A stretch of DNA of 64,000 bases from Vicugna vicugna (lineage: Eukaryota), in contig MU057930.1 in NCBI GenBank assembly GCA_013265495.1, forward strand, positions 1,256,057 through 1,320,056, written 5' to 3'. Positions 24,560 through 36,520 of this stretch are shown piece after piece; position 1 is the first letter of the stretch; every line of letters begins with the position of its first letter. Made by a program: the position numbers and the translations under genes. Below the pieces are notes generated by a model. It searched no databases. It worked only from the letters and a program-made list of their open reading frames with translations, and was not told the DNA's origin.

Positions 24560-24875
24560 AAGGGTCTTATGGACTCATCTACAAAACAGAAACAGACTCG
24601 CAGACATAGTCAACAATCCTATGGCTACCAGGGCAAAGGGGGTGGGAAGGGATAAATGTGGGAGTTTGAGAGTTGCAAATGTCAACCACTATATATAAAA
24701 AGATTTTTTTTTAAAGTTTCTTCTGTAGACCACAGGGAACTATATTCAATATCTTGTAGTAACTTTTAATGAAAAAGAATATGAAAATGAATATATGTAT
24801 GTATATGCATGACTGAGACACTGTGCTGTACACTAGAAATTGATACATTATAACTACTTCAATTAAAAATTTTTT
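24560..24875 (+). mobile_element. LINE-1 3'UTR fragment
   Basis: catctacaaaacagaaacagactc...cacagggaactatattcaatatcttgtag...tacttcaatt. Confidence 0.9.
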
Positions 24876-24941
24876 AAAAGGAATGATATAAAAACCCAAC
24901 AGTAACATAGAGGAATTTATGATATAGAAAATGTAATGTAA

Positions 24942-25023
24942 CAGTAATACAGAAAAATAATATACAAGCCCACACTACATGGCAGTAATACAGAAAAATA
25001 ATATAGAAGCCCACACTACATGG
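24942..25023. repeat. 41-bp tandem duplication
   Basis: cagtaatacagaaaaataatata(c/g)aagcccacactacatgg twice, one mismatch. Confidence 0.95.
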
Positions 25024-25389
25024 GTACAATCATGTCTTTTATCACCAGAGTTACTCTCAGAATTCTCCTTCCCAAAATTACTCTTCGAATGAGGAAGTTT
25101 CTACAAAAAAGATAATGAAGAAGCTGTCTTCATTTGTGTTGACCCTACTTTGGGCTTTTCTGGGAACATTCTTCTTACTTAAAAAGACCATCTCTTTAGT
25201 GCAGGCACGTCAAGCCAACAGCTGAGCGTGCCTACTAACCAGTGTGCTTCTGAGCGCCGGGAGCTGTGCACCCTGCGAATACATTCCAGATTTGTCCCCC
25301 TCAGGCTTATGAATTTTGGATTTCTTCTTCTATCATTTGCCCATTCAGTCTACTGCCCTTCATTGTTCAGGCCACCGAATTTCCCTTAC

Positions 25390-27750
25390 CAACTTGGAGG
25401 AATTTCTTATCTATCTAGATACTGTTTTCTTGGCTGTGAGATTAGAAACAGTAAAAATGTTCCATCAATCAATCAACACGTTTTAAAATGTTTACCCATA
25501 CTGATCCTATATTTTGATGGTAAAAATAGTCACTAATTCTCATGCCCTATACTTTGCATTTTACTTTGCAGCCCTAACCACCTGGATATTTTCCTGTATT
25601 TTCTTCTATTAATTTACAGTTAACTCTTCACCTGTAGATTGCTCTCTCTAGAATCCAACTCTGAATACGGATATAAAGGTGCACGATTATTTCTTACATA
25701 GACAGAGCTGGTTTTCCCAGTGCCACATACTCAGCACTCAGTCCTTGCACTGATCCAAGATACCAAAAACCAACTGTACATTAAGTTTTCATACAGTGAT
25801 AGTTCTGCCAATGTCTCTACTGTTCTGTGAGTCCATTTCCACTCCTTGGACCATTAGCAAGTTGTCTTTAATGCTATGCACGGCTTTGTAAATATTTATC
25901 TGGCAGGACAGTCAGCGCTATTCGTTCTTATTTTTTCAGATTTGACGTAGCTATGTTGTATTTTCTGTTCTGCACATCAGCTTTAGAGTATGTTAACAGT
26001 TTCTGAAGAACCGAAGGGAATTTTTATTGGTATTTCTCTGACAGTGTGATTAAATCCAGAGGAGAATTTATATTAATATATCTGTCACGCTTTCCAAGAT
26101 CTGGATGATTATCTCCATTAATTTGTCTTCCTTTGTCGAATTGTATGTGTTTAGATAAGTTAATTCTCAGATTTTTTTTCATACTTTTAAACTGATACTT
26201 CAAAGAATGTAATTTGCACTATACTCATGACTTCATTATAGTGGAGTAGAAAAATACTAGAGAAAGTTTAGGTTAATCTTGTAAATTCATCTTCTATCTA
26301 GTAATCTTGCTGGCTTGTCATTAAATAAGAGCCACATGGATATATGCAGTATTTATTTTTTTCTCTCCTAGGTGATCACGTCTTCTGTAACTACTGGTAA
26401 TTCTAACTCTTTCCTTTTAGTCTTTACTCAGTTTTTTTTCTTTATACTAATTACCTGGATTGGTAATATTATAATATAGTCATAATTTTATATGTGTGTC
26501 TGTACGGTGAACTATGAATAGATACAAAAAATATACAACGAAATACATCCACATATACGTTTATAACCCCCATACAGTGAGTGCCCTTACGCACAGAAGC
26601 CAGATCGCTGCCTACTGACACCACGCTGTAAACAAGCCGTATCAGAATATAATTAATAACAGTATGTAGGTAATGTTATTTGGGGAGGCCTTAATAATCA
26701 AAAGAGAAATATGAAGAGCCAGATCTTACCTGTATCATTATAAGGAAATTAGCTGACTTATATAACTACATACAAAACCATTTAAAACTCTCTCTACACC
26801 CAAAGACCGCAAATTAAAGTGAAAGCCAAACCCAACAAGCTAATAAGCAGTGGGGATTTTTTCCTGAAAAGGCAGGTAGCCCGTATTTCAGAGTTAAGGG
26901 GCCACGTGTTTCCTTTAGCAGCCAAACTCTGCCGTGATGGCTTGAAAACAGCCACACATAGCACGTGAAGCATGGGCAGAGCTGTGGGCCAATGAAAGTG
27001 CTTTTACAAAAAAAAAAAAAAACGGGACATGGTTACTGACCGTTCACAGAGAATCAAACGTTTGTAATAAAGACGCTGGGTAAATCACATTACAATTCTA
27101 GCACATTTTACAAATGGATTCCACATGAAAATTGCCTAGGGGTATGGTTTAGGAGTATCTGCATTGTGTCCGTGTAGGAATATTCTGTTCCTGTACAGAA
27201 GAAACTCTGTTTTAGTCCCAGGGATGGCGGGAATTCACAGAAGGGTATGCGTTCGTGTCCCCGTATCTGCGCTGAGTGCCCGGAAGCAGGGACGCAGGAC
27301 TCTGACGACCAACTCTCCCCTGCTCCCTCCTCTTCCTGTCCCTCGCGTGGGGTTATGCTTATTTTCCTAACCCTGATCCGGGCACGCAGGTGGCCGGAAG
27401 CGAACGTGTTTTGTCGAGGGGGGCCGGTTCCAGCTCGGAAGCCCGCGGAGCAGCCCGCCTCCTGGGGAAGCGGCTCCCCGCCCACTCGGTTTGGCCCGAA
27501 GGCAGGGCCCGCCGCCCGAGGGGGGCAGCCCGTGACAAGCGACAAGAAGGCCCCGGGACTCGGAGGGGGTCCTCCCACGGCCGCGCGGCGCTGCTCACCG
27601 CCTTCACGGAGGTGCGCAGGCCGCATCTGCTTTGCTGCGGTAGTCTTGCTTTGAGCTGAGGTCTGCTGCCGTGGCAGGTCCGGCGTTCGCTCACTCCGCG
27701 GGAAACGTGCGAAGGGGCAGCGTCACGCGCTCGTGAAGGCAGTGCCTCGG
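25390..27750 (-). ncRNA. Candidate spliced minus-strand transcript from CpG island 2 (exons ~27750-27599, 26863-26730, 25433-25390)
   Basis: Donors GCG|gtgagc, CAG|gtaaga, TTG|gtaagg; acceptors cctgccttttcag| and tttttactgtttctaatctcacag|; exon 3 has stops in all three frames. Confidence 0.45.
25700..26470 (-). mobile_element. Highly diverged L1ME-type ORF2 fragment
   Basis: Reverse L1 motifs such as ttttcccagtgccac, gggaatttttattgg, atctccattaatttgtcttcc; boundaries approximate. Confidence 0.5.
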
Positions 27751-27830
27751 GCCGTCCGCGCGGGCACCTGAATTCTGACCCGCTCAGCCGCACGCCCGTG
27801 TCTCTGCACACAGGGCAGTCGGCTCCCGTG
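27230..27830. promoter_or_regulatory. CpG island 2 (candidate promoter)
   Basis: CpG-dense; ETS-like CCGGAAG near 27280 and 27394; minus-strand splice donor at 27598. Confidence 0.75.
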
Positions 27831-28340
27831 CCCAGAAATCCTGAGGAACGGCAACGAGCATCCTCCGACACACAGCACCGAGCTTCTCTTCCCTGCAGAC
27901 CCCGTGCTGGTCCTGAAGTACGTACTTCGCCAGGCGAGTGGGACTTCCATCACTTTTTCCCTCTGCCGTCTTACAAAGTCAGGAATCTGAGTGAGGAGAA
28001 AGGGGGGTCCCAGAAACCCTTCCATTACTGTTGTTATGCGGTCAGACGCCGAAAAACGCAGGCAAGTCGCACAATTCCTTCTTTGAAGCGGCAAGGACAG
28101 TAATGGCTTCTAATCGCTGACTGAACGGCATGATAGTCACGAGCATGGTGTGGGAGCTCAATTCTCCCGTCTCACGTTTATGCCCTTTGCTTCTGGCAAT
28201 GCATTATTTAATTCTAACACCCTGCCCTCTGCTTATTACAGAAAACAGTGTTTACCCCAACCTGTTATTTTCATGCAGATCGAAATGTGAGCCCGTTCTG
28301 CAAACTGACTTTTAGTGAGCCAAATGTAAGCCAACCAGAC

Positions 28341-28715
28341 GGAGGGAGAGAGGGAGGGAGGGAAGGAGGGACGGAAGGAACGAAGGGAGGTAAGGGAGGG
28401 AGGGAAGGAAGGAGGGAGGGAGGGAAGGAGTGAAGGAAGGAAGGAAGGGAGAGAGAAAGGCAGGGAGAGAGGAAGGCAGGAAGGGAGGGAGGGAGGAAAG
28501 GGAGGGAGGAAGGTAGGGAAGGAGGAAGGCAGCAACGAAGGGAGGGAAGGGAGGGAGGAAAGGAAGGAGGGAGGTAGGGAAGGAAGGAAGGAAGGGAGAG
28601 ACGGAGGGAAGGAAGGAAGTGAGGGAGGAAGGCAGGGAAGGAGGAAGGCAGGAACAAAAGGAGGGACGGAGGGAAGGGAGGAAGGAAGGAAGGGAGGAAG
28701 GGAGGGAAAAAGAGA
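28341..28715. repeat. (GGAA/GGGA)n polypurine tract
   Basis: About 375 bp almost entirely purines on the plus strand. Confidence 0.95.
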
Positions 28716-29729
28716 CAAAGTTTCCTTTGTAGAAGAAAACGAATACGAAGAAACTTCACCAGATTAGGAAAAAACCTGAGGAAGAGGAAATGTAAAAAGG
28801 GAGTGGAATGCGAGACTCAAGATTTGTCTTCCCCCATGTACCACACTTACTTCCATGACTCGCATGCTCCTTTATAACCTAAATGTGATTTGCACATTTC
28901 ACACATAGTCTCGGATTATTTCAGTATTTACATGGCTTCCGATGTCACCTGTGAAGGGGCCTCTCTGAAATTCTGGACACACATGTTTGCTAAGGAGTAG
29001 CCTCAGTTGTTGTCCCCAAAGACACCTGTGACCCATGGCAGGGCAAGACGGTCCAGTGTGGGGCGGTGGTCATTCACAGACATTATGCCACTCTGTGTTA
29101 AATGCATGCGAATGTATTACCTGTTTCCGGCCTCTAGATATTGGTTCCTGATACATCATTTAGCTATTTCTGACAATCCGTCACTTTAAAAAAGGGAGCT
29201 AAATGTAGCAAAAAAATTTTGTGATAACTTTAACCCAATGCACAGTTTCAAATTCTAATCTCACGTTCTACCTGTGCGATTTCTTACCATTTACTACAAT
29301 TTTGATGAAATAGTTCAGTGCCCTTGAATTTCATGCAGGTATACATGCCCAATAATTAGTTTGGGAATTCACAACGATGGTGGTTACTTGACCTAAAATG
29401 GACTCATGTATTTGGAAGAAAAAATTTCCAAATTTATGTCATTACTAAGCTATTTGTTTCCATTAAAAGCTGATGCATACTTTCGCTCAAGGAAATAAAA
29501 ATGAAATTTTCATTTTAACAAAAAGGGACTTGGGTCTGGGTTTCCATTTTTGTGAACTCCAGATTTTTGCAGCACGCGCCCTCAACCTATTCACTGCGTA
29601 TTCTCTGCCTACGCCAACACGGAGTGTGACGTCGACGCAGAGATTTGCTGTGGCAGCTTCATGGCAGGCATATAGATTGCTATGCGGAGAAAACACAACG
29701 TGCTCCCTCGGAGAACTTTGTGACTATCC

Positions 29730-29812
29730 AGTGGGTTATCATGTATAAAGGGCCTGGCATGTGGTAAGCGCTATGTAAGCTTCACTATTATTACTAATTA
29801 TCAACATTATTA
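29730..29812 (+). mobile_element. MIR 3' fragment
   Basis: catgtataaagggcctggcatgtggtaagcgctatgtaagc...tattattact. Confidence 0.6.
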
Positions 29813-30009
29813 TTCGTAATGAACTGTCCACAGCAAAGCTCAAAATAGCACAATGACTAAAATACAGGCAACTCTCTACACGGTATCACGTAATACAGTG
29901 GAGCCGTCTTTTGCCCTCCTCAGGATTCACTCCTCTTCATCTGCCATGTGGCTGTATCATCGTGGGCCTTAGAGTTTGATAAAAATGGGGAGGCTGCAAA
30001 CAGCCTCCT

Positions 30010-31087
30010 TGTGACGCGGAGAATCTGACCTTCCGCTATCGAGTCGCCTCATCCCACGTGGGAACCTGATAAAGGCAGAATGGCGACCCCACTAACAGGC
30101 AACACGGTTTACGTAAAAAAGACACGGGATGAGAACCGGCCTCGGGGTTGCCAGGACAGTAAACACCGCGTGGGGAGCCGTGTGTTTCGAGCTCTCCTGA
30201 GCGTATGGCTCTAGGACTGAGGGCGCTCCCTGCTGGGAGCCCGGGGTCCAGGCCTGTGGGACTGACCCAGGGGACACTGGTTCCCAGGGGGTCTGACGAA
30301 CATTCTGAGCTGGGAGGGAGATGCCATGAGGATGCCATGGGCCAGCTGTGGTCCCCGTCTTGTGCTTGTCTGATAAGACGGGCGACATGTGAGGTCTGTG
30401 TTAACCATGACTGTTATTTTCCTGTGCTTTGACATCTTCGGGGCTTGCGTGACCCTAGAGAGATGGTCTTTCCCAAGTCTCGTCCTCTGACATCTTGGGG
30501 ACCAGGGTGACCCTGGAGGGACGGTCTCTCCCGGGCCTGGTCCTCTGACATACAGAGGAATGGCTCTAGGACTGAGGGCGCTCCCTGCTGGGAGCCCGGG
30601 GTCCAGGCCTGTGGGACTGACCCAGGGGACACTGGTTCCCAGGGGGTCTGACGTACATTCTGAGCTGGGAGGGAGATGTCATGAGGATGCCATGGGCCAG
30701 CTGTGGTCCCCGTCTTGTGGTTGTCTGATAAGAGACGGGCAACATGTGTGGTCTGTGTTAACCATGACTCTTATTTTCCTGTGCTTTGACATCTTCGGGG
30801 CTTGCGTGACCCTAGAGAGATGGTCTTTCCCAAGTCTGGTCCTCTGACATCTTGGGGACCAGGGTGACCCTGGAGGGACGGTCTCTCCCGGGCCTGGTCC
30901 TCTGACATCTTGGGGACCAGGGTGACCCTGGAGGGACGGTCTCTCTCTCCCGGGTCTGGTCCTCTGACATCTTGGGGACCAGGGTGACCCTGGAGGGAAG
31001 GTCTCTCCCGGGCCTGGTCCTCTGACATCTTGGGGACCTGGGTGACCCTGGAGGGACAGCCTCCCCCTGGGCTGGTCAACTCCTACA
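30010..31087 (-). mobile_element. ERV LTR-like element with a 58-bp repeat array and a 355-bp internal duplication
   Basis: Minus strand begins tgtaggag and ends gcgtcaca; repeated cccaagatgtcagagg units; gcgccctcagtcc resembles a gammaretroviral R start. Confidence 0.6.
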
Positions 31088-32629
31088 GACAGTAAACAAA
31101 AGCACACTTTTCACATGCAAACTAATCCCCAGCGCACGCCGTAACCCCCACCTTTGCTACGTCCTCACACGTGGGGCCACCGCCCCCCTGCCCCAGTCCC
31201 GTCCCCACGGCCAGACACTGAGTGCGGCAGGACAGGATTCTTCATGCAAGCCCACCCTCGGCCTGCTTAGCTGCCTCCCCCACTCCTCCCCGTGGAAACC
31301 GCAATAAAGGCTCCTGCCCGGACGCCCCCTCCCTCCGCCTCCAGGCCAACGCTGCTGCCTCCCCACGCGGGCCTGCATGGCCCTCTCTTGACCATCCTGA
31401 ACACGTCAACAGCAGTTGCCTTCTGACCTGCTGGTCTTACTGCACCTCAAATCTCCCACTGGGACACTATTTTAAAACACAGCCTAGGCAGATGTCAGGA
31501 AGCAGAACGCTTTATGGACCCAAAGAGGTGCCCTGGTGGGCCCTGCGTGGCACAACTGCCCAGTTTCAATGAGATCTATACACACAACGTTGCACCGGGC
31601 ATAACTCCTGATTGACAGCAGTCTTCTAAAATACATACTCCACCCACCAGGGGAGAAGCAAGCTGACTGCCTGACATCCAGGCTTGCAAGCATCTCACCA
31701 AACCCCCGAGAAGTGACTTTGAGCAACACACACAGTTCGACACCGTCTTTTCTTTGCAGCATAACTAACATAAAACCAAAATCCAGATGCATCTGGGTGC
31801 TACAGATGTGATTTCCACACTGTCCTCCCTGGAGGGCAGGACTGGAGGGCGGTGTCCTCCCTTTCAGGTGAAGAAGGAGAAGGGTCTTGACGGCCCAGGA
31901 GGTGGGAGGTCAGGAACAGCCTGCACCTCAGTCAGCCCCAGCTGGCAGATTTCCGGGGCTGGACCATCGTTTCCCTATGCTCGCCTCCCCTGATTCTGGG
32001 CATGTGGAGAGCAGCCACGAACACGCAGGGCTCTGAAGTGCAGATGCACGCGTCCCTTTCTGCAGACCCCTCCTCCGCTAGCAGGACACTTAGGACGGAC
32101 AGTGTATCTGACCATCTTCGGAATTACGATCCCGTCTTAGTAACTGCCCTGTTTGATGTCTCTCATAAAACCGTGATGAGTAAAATACTGCCTAATACCA
32201 GAGAGCTGCGAATAACATGTTGCAGTAGGAGCAAAAAGACAATGGAACCTGCAGAAGTGATGTTCAAGCCGGGTTTAGGTACCAGGGCTGGGAAATAAGC
32301 ACCAGGGCGTTGAAATCGCCTGACTTCTTCAGGAGGGGCTTACGAGGCAGACATGGCGTCAGAGGCTGGCGGTGGCGGCGGCTACACCGCAGATTAAGGT
32401 GCCCTCACGCTCAGCAGTCTGGGTGGTGGGGTTCTGCAGCCGCCCAGAAAATGAGGAGCTCTGGGCCCGCAGGAAAAGGGAGGACGTGATCGACAGCTTG
32501 GTGTCAGCCTCTTGCACAAAGCGCCGTGTGTAGGTCCTGTCGTCAGGTCACATTCAACTCTGCGGTTTCACGGCCAACATCCTTCTCTAGGTGTGAGCAT
32601 AAGCCTGGGTCTTTAAAAGTGAAAACATG

Positions 32630-32790
32630 TACCACGTGGGGAAGGGAGCCGGATCTTATAATAACTGTAGCTCGAGTATAACCTTTAAAAGCTGTGAGTC
32701 ACTACATCGTACACCTGTAACTTATATAGTATGGTACACCGATGACATGTCAATTTTTTAAAAAGATACGCATGAGAAAAAAAAAAATTT
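32630..32790 (+). mobile_element. LINE-1 3' tail fragment
   Basis: ataactgtagc...ctgtgagtcactacatcgtacacctgtaacttatatag with A-rich end. Confidence 0.7.
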
Positions 32791-33184
32791 ACATGGGAAC
32801 AGAGCCAGACGACACAGGGGAGTTCTAACAGGGACGCAAAACTACAGAGAACCCTCTATACAGCTTCAAGGGAGCCTTTTGCCTCTGTACAATTCACCGT
32901 GTTTCCGGAGGGCAGTGTTCAGAACAGTCTCGTGCTTAGGGTTAGTCACAGAAGTTACAGGGAATGCAGTGCTGGGAGTGAAGAGTTTGTCTGAGAAGAA
33001 AAAAACCCAAAAGGAGGCCCGTCACTAAAAGACGCCTCTGCGTCGGGAATCCAGCGCCAGCTCCGGTCTGGCGTGCGTCAGTGTGCACGCTCACGCCGCA
33101 GGTGCTGCAGGCGGCGCTCCATTTACATCCCTTGGCGACGCCGTCGTGGGACGCCCACCACCCACGGGAAAGCCGGACACCCGC

Positions 33185-33740
33185 CGTGGCTGTTTCTCAG
33201 TGGCCCTCGTTTTTCATGTCATGTTTGGACGAGCAGTGATCAGCTGTGCAGGAGACCGTCCCTAGGTCGGGCTCCGTCTGGTGTTTTTCTCGTGATTAGA
33301 GTGGAGCTATGGGCGTGGGAGGACGATGACGTAGGTGTGTGGCCATCTTCGCCATGTGGCACCGAGAGTGTACACCATCAGCAACGACCTATTTTGTGGA
33401 TGCCGACCCTGAACACCTGGCTGAGGCCAGGTTTTCCAGGTGTTCTATCACAAGGCTACCTCACTGTCCCCTTCCCACCCAGTCTTCTCTGGAAGGAAGT
33501 CACTCCATGCAAACCACACGTAGGATGGAGGAGCTGTGCTCCAGCTGCTTCAGGGGCAGAGCGACTTAAACTGTCATTAACGTTTCTGCACAGGAGGGTT
33601 CCCCGTTCACCCCTCCTTCGTCGTTGGAGGACCCAAGCGTCTACGCATCCACCCAGGATGACACAGGGGGTATCTACCGATATCCCCCCTCCTTAGTCAA
33701 GACCACGTCAAGGGGACAATACAAACTAAGAAGCATCTGT
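33185..33740 (-). mobile_element. L1MC4-like 3' fragment, strongly GC-shifted
   Basis: tgtttttctcgtgattaga, gaccctgaacacctggctgagg, ctctggaaggaagtcact match L1MC 3' end motifs. Confidence 0.65.
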
Positions 33741-33839
33741 TTTGCGACCCAAAGCATGCAGTGGGTTCTCAACGCCGGACGGAGCTCCAACATAACCAGC
33801 TCTTGGCTACTCGATTTTCAAAGACACCTCAATGCCCCT

Positions 33840-34130
33840 TTGAGGGACGTCTCCAGAGAGCTCGACGGCCAGTGAACGTGCAGGCTGGCGTATCCTGACA
33901 CAGCTGATCAAGTGCCCGAAAGCCAGCGCGTGCCCACAGCGTCGCGAGGGCGGGTGCTGACGTCAGGGCGCTGGCCTGGACGCCCTCTGCCGCTGCACTT
34001 TGCCGTTTCAGCCCTAGCGGGCCAGGCTGCGGTCCGCCCCGAGGTTCGGTGCCGCCTCGTGGGGCAGAGCAGCGCGTCCGTCTAGTGCTGCTGTGAAGGG
34101 GGGAGGAAACAGTGCACGTGCCGCGCCCTG
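33840..34130. promoter_or_regulatory. CpG island 3 with a full CRE palindrome
   Basis: TGACGTCA at 33958-33965, GGGCGG at 33948, CACGTG near 34115, CpG-rich. Confidence 0.55.
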
Positions 34131-35039
34131 GTGACACCTCTTACTCAGTGTGCTTCTCTACTAGTTCTTCATCTTTACATGTCTTGATGAGTCCAGTTAC
34201 TCACTTAACCCTGTTTTAATCACACGAGGAGCTTCAGGTTTGCTCGTGATCACAGGCAGAGGTCTGAACCCCTGCGTAGACACTGACCCATGGAAGGAAC
34301 AATATTGAAAGGCAGGCAAGCTGGAAATGCTGGGGCGACCTCCTGAGTTCCGGGACAAGCACAGTTTGGAAATTCTGCCTCACAACATACGGATCACCTG
34401 ATTTCAGCTTTTTGTGTTTTGATGTCCCATCAAAGTTGTCTGTCACTGATGAGGGAAGACTGGAGTTAAAAATATGTAAGGGGCATACTGTTAACAACTA
34501 GAGTTATCGGTTAAATAGGAGAATTCTACTCGGATAAAGCAAAAACCAATGATGGATCTAGAGATACTTTTACTTCTACATGACGAGGTGTTAGCAAGCT
34601 TCCCACCCTGATTTCCTTTCAAAGCCATAAAGTTTGCATGTAAACATAAAATTGCACACTGGACTGGTTTTCAAAACAACGTGAGATAAAGAACATTAGT
34701 GAGACTTAAAAATTATCAAAATGTGGTGGGAAGAATTTAGCAGTTAGAATTCTACCGGACTAAAGAAGGGGTCCTAGTCACTCCAGAACATTATTTCAGG
34801 CAAGTTTATTCTTCCTGAAAGGGCTCAATACAGTAGACCATAAGGCAGGTAAAATTCATCTGTAGAAAGTTCTCTAAATTATTTCACTTTTGAAAAGACA
34901 CTGTCCAGCTATTTAGACCAATGAATACATCTACTAAGATAATATCTACTTATGTTAACTGTTTTTCCTCCTTTATAAAACAGAGATTAAGGAGAAGTGC
35001 AAGAAACATCATAAAACAGTAGAAATATAATGTAATCCC

Positions 35040-35222
35040 TTGTTTTTTAATAATAATTTTTTTTGGAGTACTTTCGGAAGGATAGGTGTTAACTCCTCTG
35101 TAAATGTTCGGGAGAATTCGCCTGTGAAGCCAGCTGCTCCTGGACTTTTGTTGGTTGAGGGTTTTGAAATTACAGATTTAATTTCCGTTTCTTCTTGGTT
35201 CGGTCTAGGAAGACTGTACCTT
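35040..35222 (-). mobile_element. Inverted LINE-1 ORF2 segment
   Basis: gagaattcgcctgtgaagcc...cctggacttttgttggttg is the reverse of the ORF2 KSPGPDGFTGEF region. Confidence 0.85.
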
Positions 35223-35224
35223 TC

Positions 35225-35962
35225 TTACCATAACCAGAAAAAAGATCTCACAGCAAACAGAAAATTACAGACCATAATATCACTCACGAACATAAATGCA
35301 AAAATCTGCAACAGAAATACTGGCAAACCAAATCCAGCAATACAGTAAAAGGATCATATACCATGATCAAGTGAGGTTTATCCCAAGGATGCAAGGATTT
35401 TTTCATTATCTGCAGATCAATCAATGTGATACACGACAGAAACAAACTGAAGAATTAAAACCATATGATCATCTCAATAGATGTAGAGGAAGCTTTTCAT
35501 AAAATTCAACATCTATTTAAGATATTTAAAAAAAAAAAAAAAAGAAAGAGAAAACTCTCCAGACAGTGGGCATAGAGGGAACATATCCAACATAAAAAAG
35601 GCCGTACACGACAAACCCACAGCTGACATCACACTCAACGGGGAAAAGCTGAAAGCACTCTCTCTAAGATCAGGAACAAGACCAGGATGCCCTCTCTCAC
35701 CACTTTTATTCAACATAGTCTTGGAAGAGCTAGCCACAGCAATCAGAGAAGAAAAAGAAAGAAAGGGATCCAAATTGGAAAGGAAGAGTAAAGAAGTCAC
35801 TGTTGGAAGATGACATGATACTATACATAGAAAAATCTAAAACGCCACCAGAAGACTACTAGACCCCATCCGTGAATCCGGTAAAGGTGCAGCTGAGTCA
35901 CTGTGCTGTACTCCTGAAACTAACACAACATTATAAACCTACAGTACTTCAATTAAAAGAAG
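35225..35962 (+). mobile_element. LINE-1 ORF2 RT-domain fragment fused to an L1 3' tail
   Basis: ENYRP, ILANQIQQ, IYHDQVRFIPRMQG motifs and aagatcaggaacaagaccaggatgccc; jumps to ctgagtcactgtgctgtac at about 35892. Confidence 0.9.
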
Positions 35963-36044
35963 AGAATTATTGTTTCAAGTAATGTTTGCCAAAGTCTACC
36001 CATCAGATTCATGATCATTAGTCTGTAGTTTAAAAGAGTAATAA

Positions 36045-36520
36045 TTGTTCATGGATAAAGAAAATGTGATACATATACTCAATGGAATACTACTCAGTCA
36101 TAAAAAAGAATGCTATTGTGCATTTTGCAGAAACATAGATGGACTTGGAGGGTATTATGCTACATCAAGTAAGTCAGAGAGAGAAAGACATCGGTATTTG
36201 TCTGATACCACTTATACGTAGAATCTAAAAAAATACAACAAACTAGTGAATATAACAAAACAGAAGTAGACTCACAGATACAGACAACAAGCTAGTGGTG
36301 ACCAGTGGGGAGAGGGAAGCGGGGAGGGCAGGACAGGGGGAGGGGATTAAGAGGTACAAACTATCAGATAAAAAATGAGCTAAAAGGATAACACTGTACA
36401 ACACAAGGAATACAGCCAATATTTTATAACTATAAATGGAGTTTAAGTTTTAAAATTGTGAATCACTATATTGTACATCTCTAATTTATATAAAATCAAC
36501 TACACCTCAACTAAAAAAAT
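36045..36520 (+). mobile_element. LINE-1 3' end (L1MA-like)
   Basis: atggataaagaaaatgtg...aatggaatactactcag...gaggtacaaact...aaatcaactacacctcaa. Confidence 0.9.

Noticed and set aside
27108..28103. Multiple ORFs of 100-172 aa
   Set aside because: CpG-island artefacts with Arg/Pro/Gly/Ala-rich composition and no recognisable domain.
28236..28759. Pro/Ser/Leu/Phe-rich ORFs
   Set aside because: Translation of a simple repeat.
33073..33696. 207-aa ORF
   Set aside because: Lies antisense over a GC-shifted L1MC fragment, has a GTG start, and has no recognisable homology.
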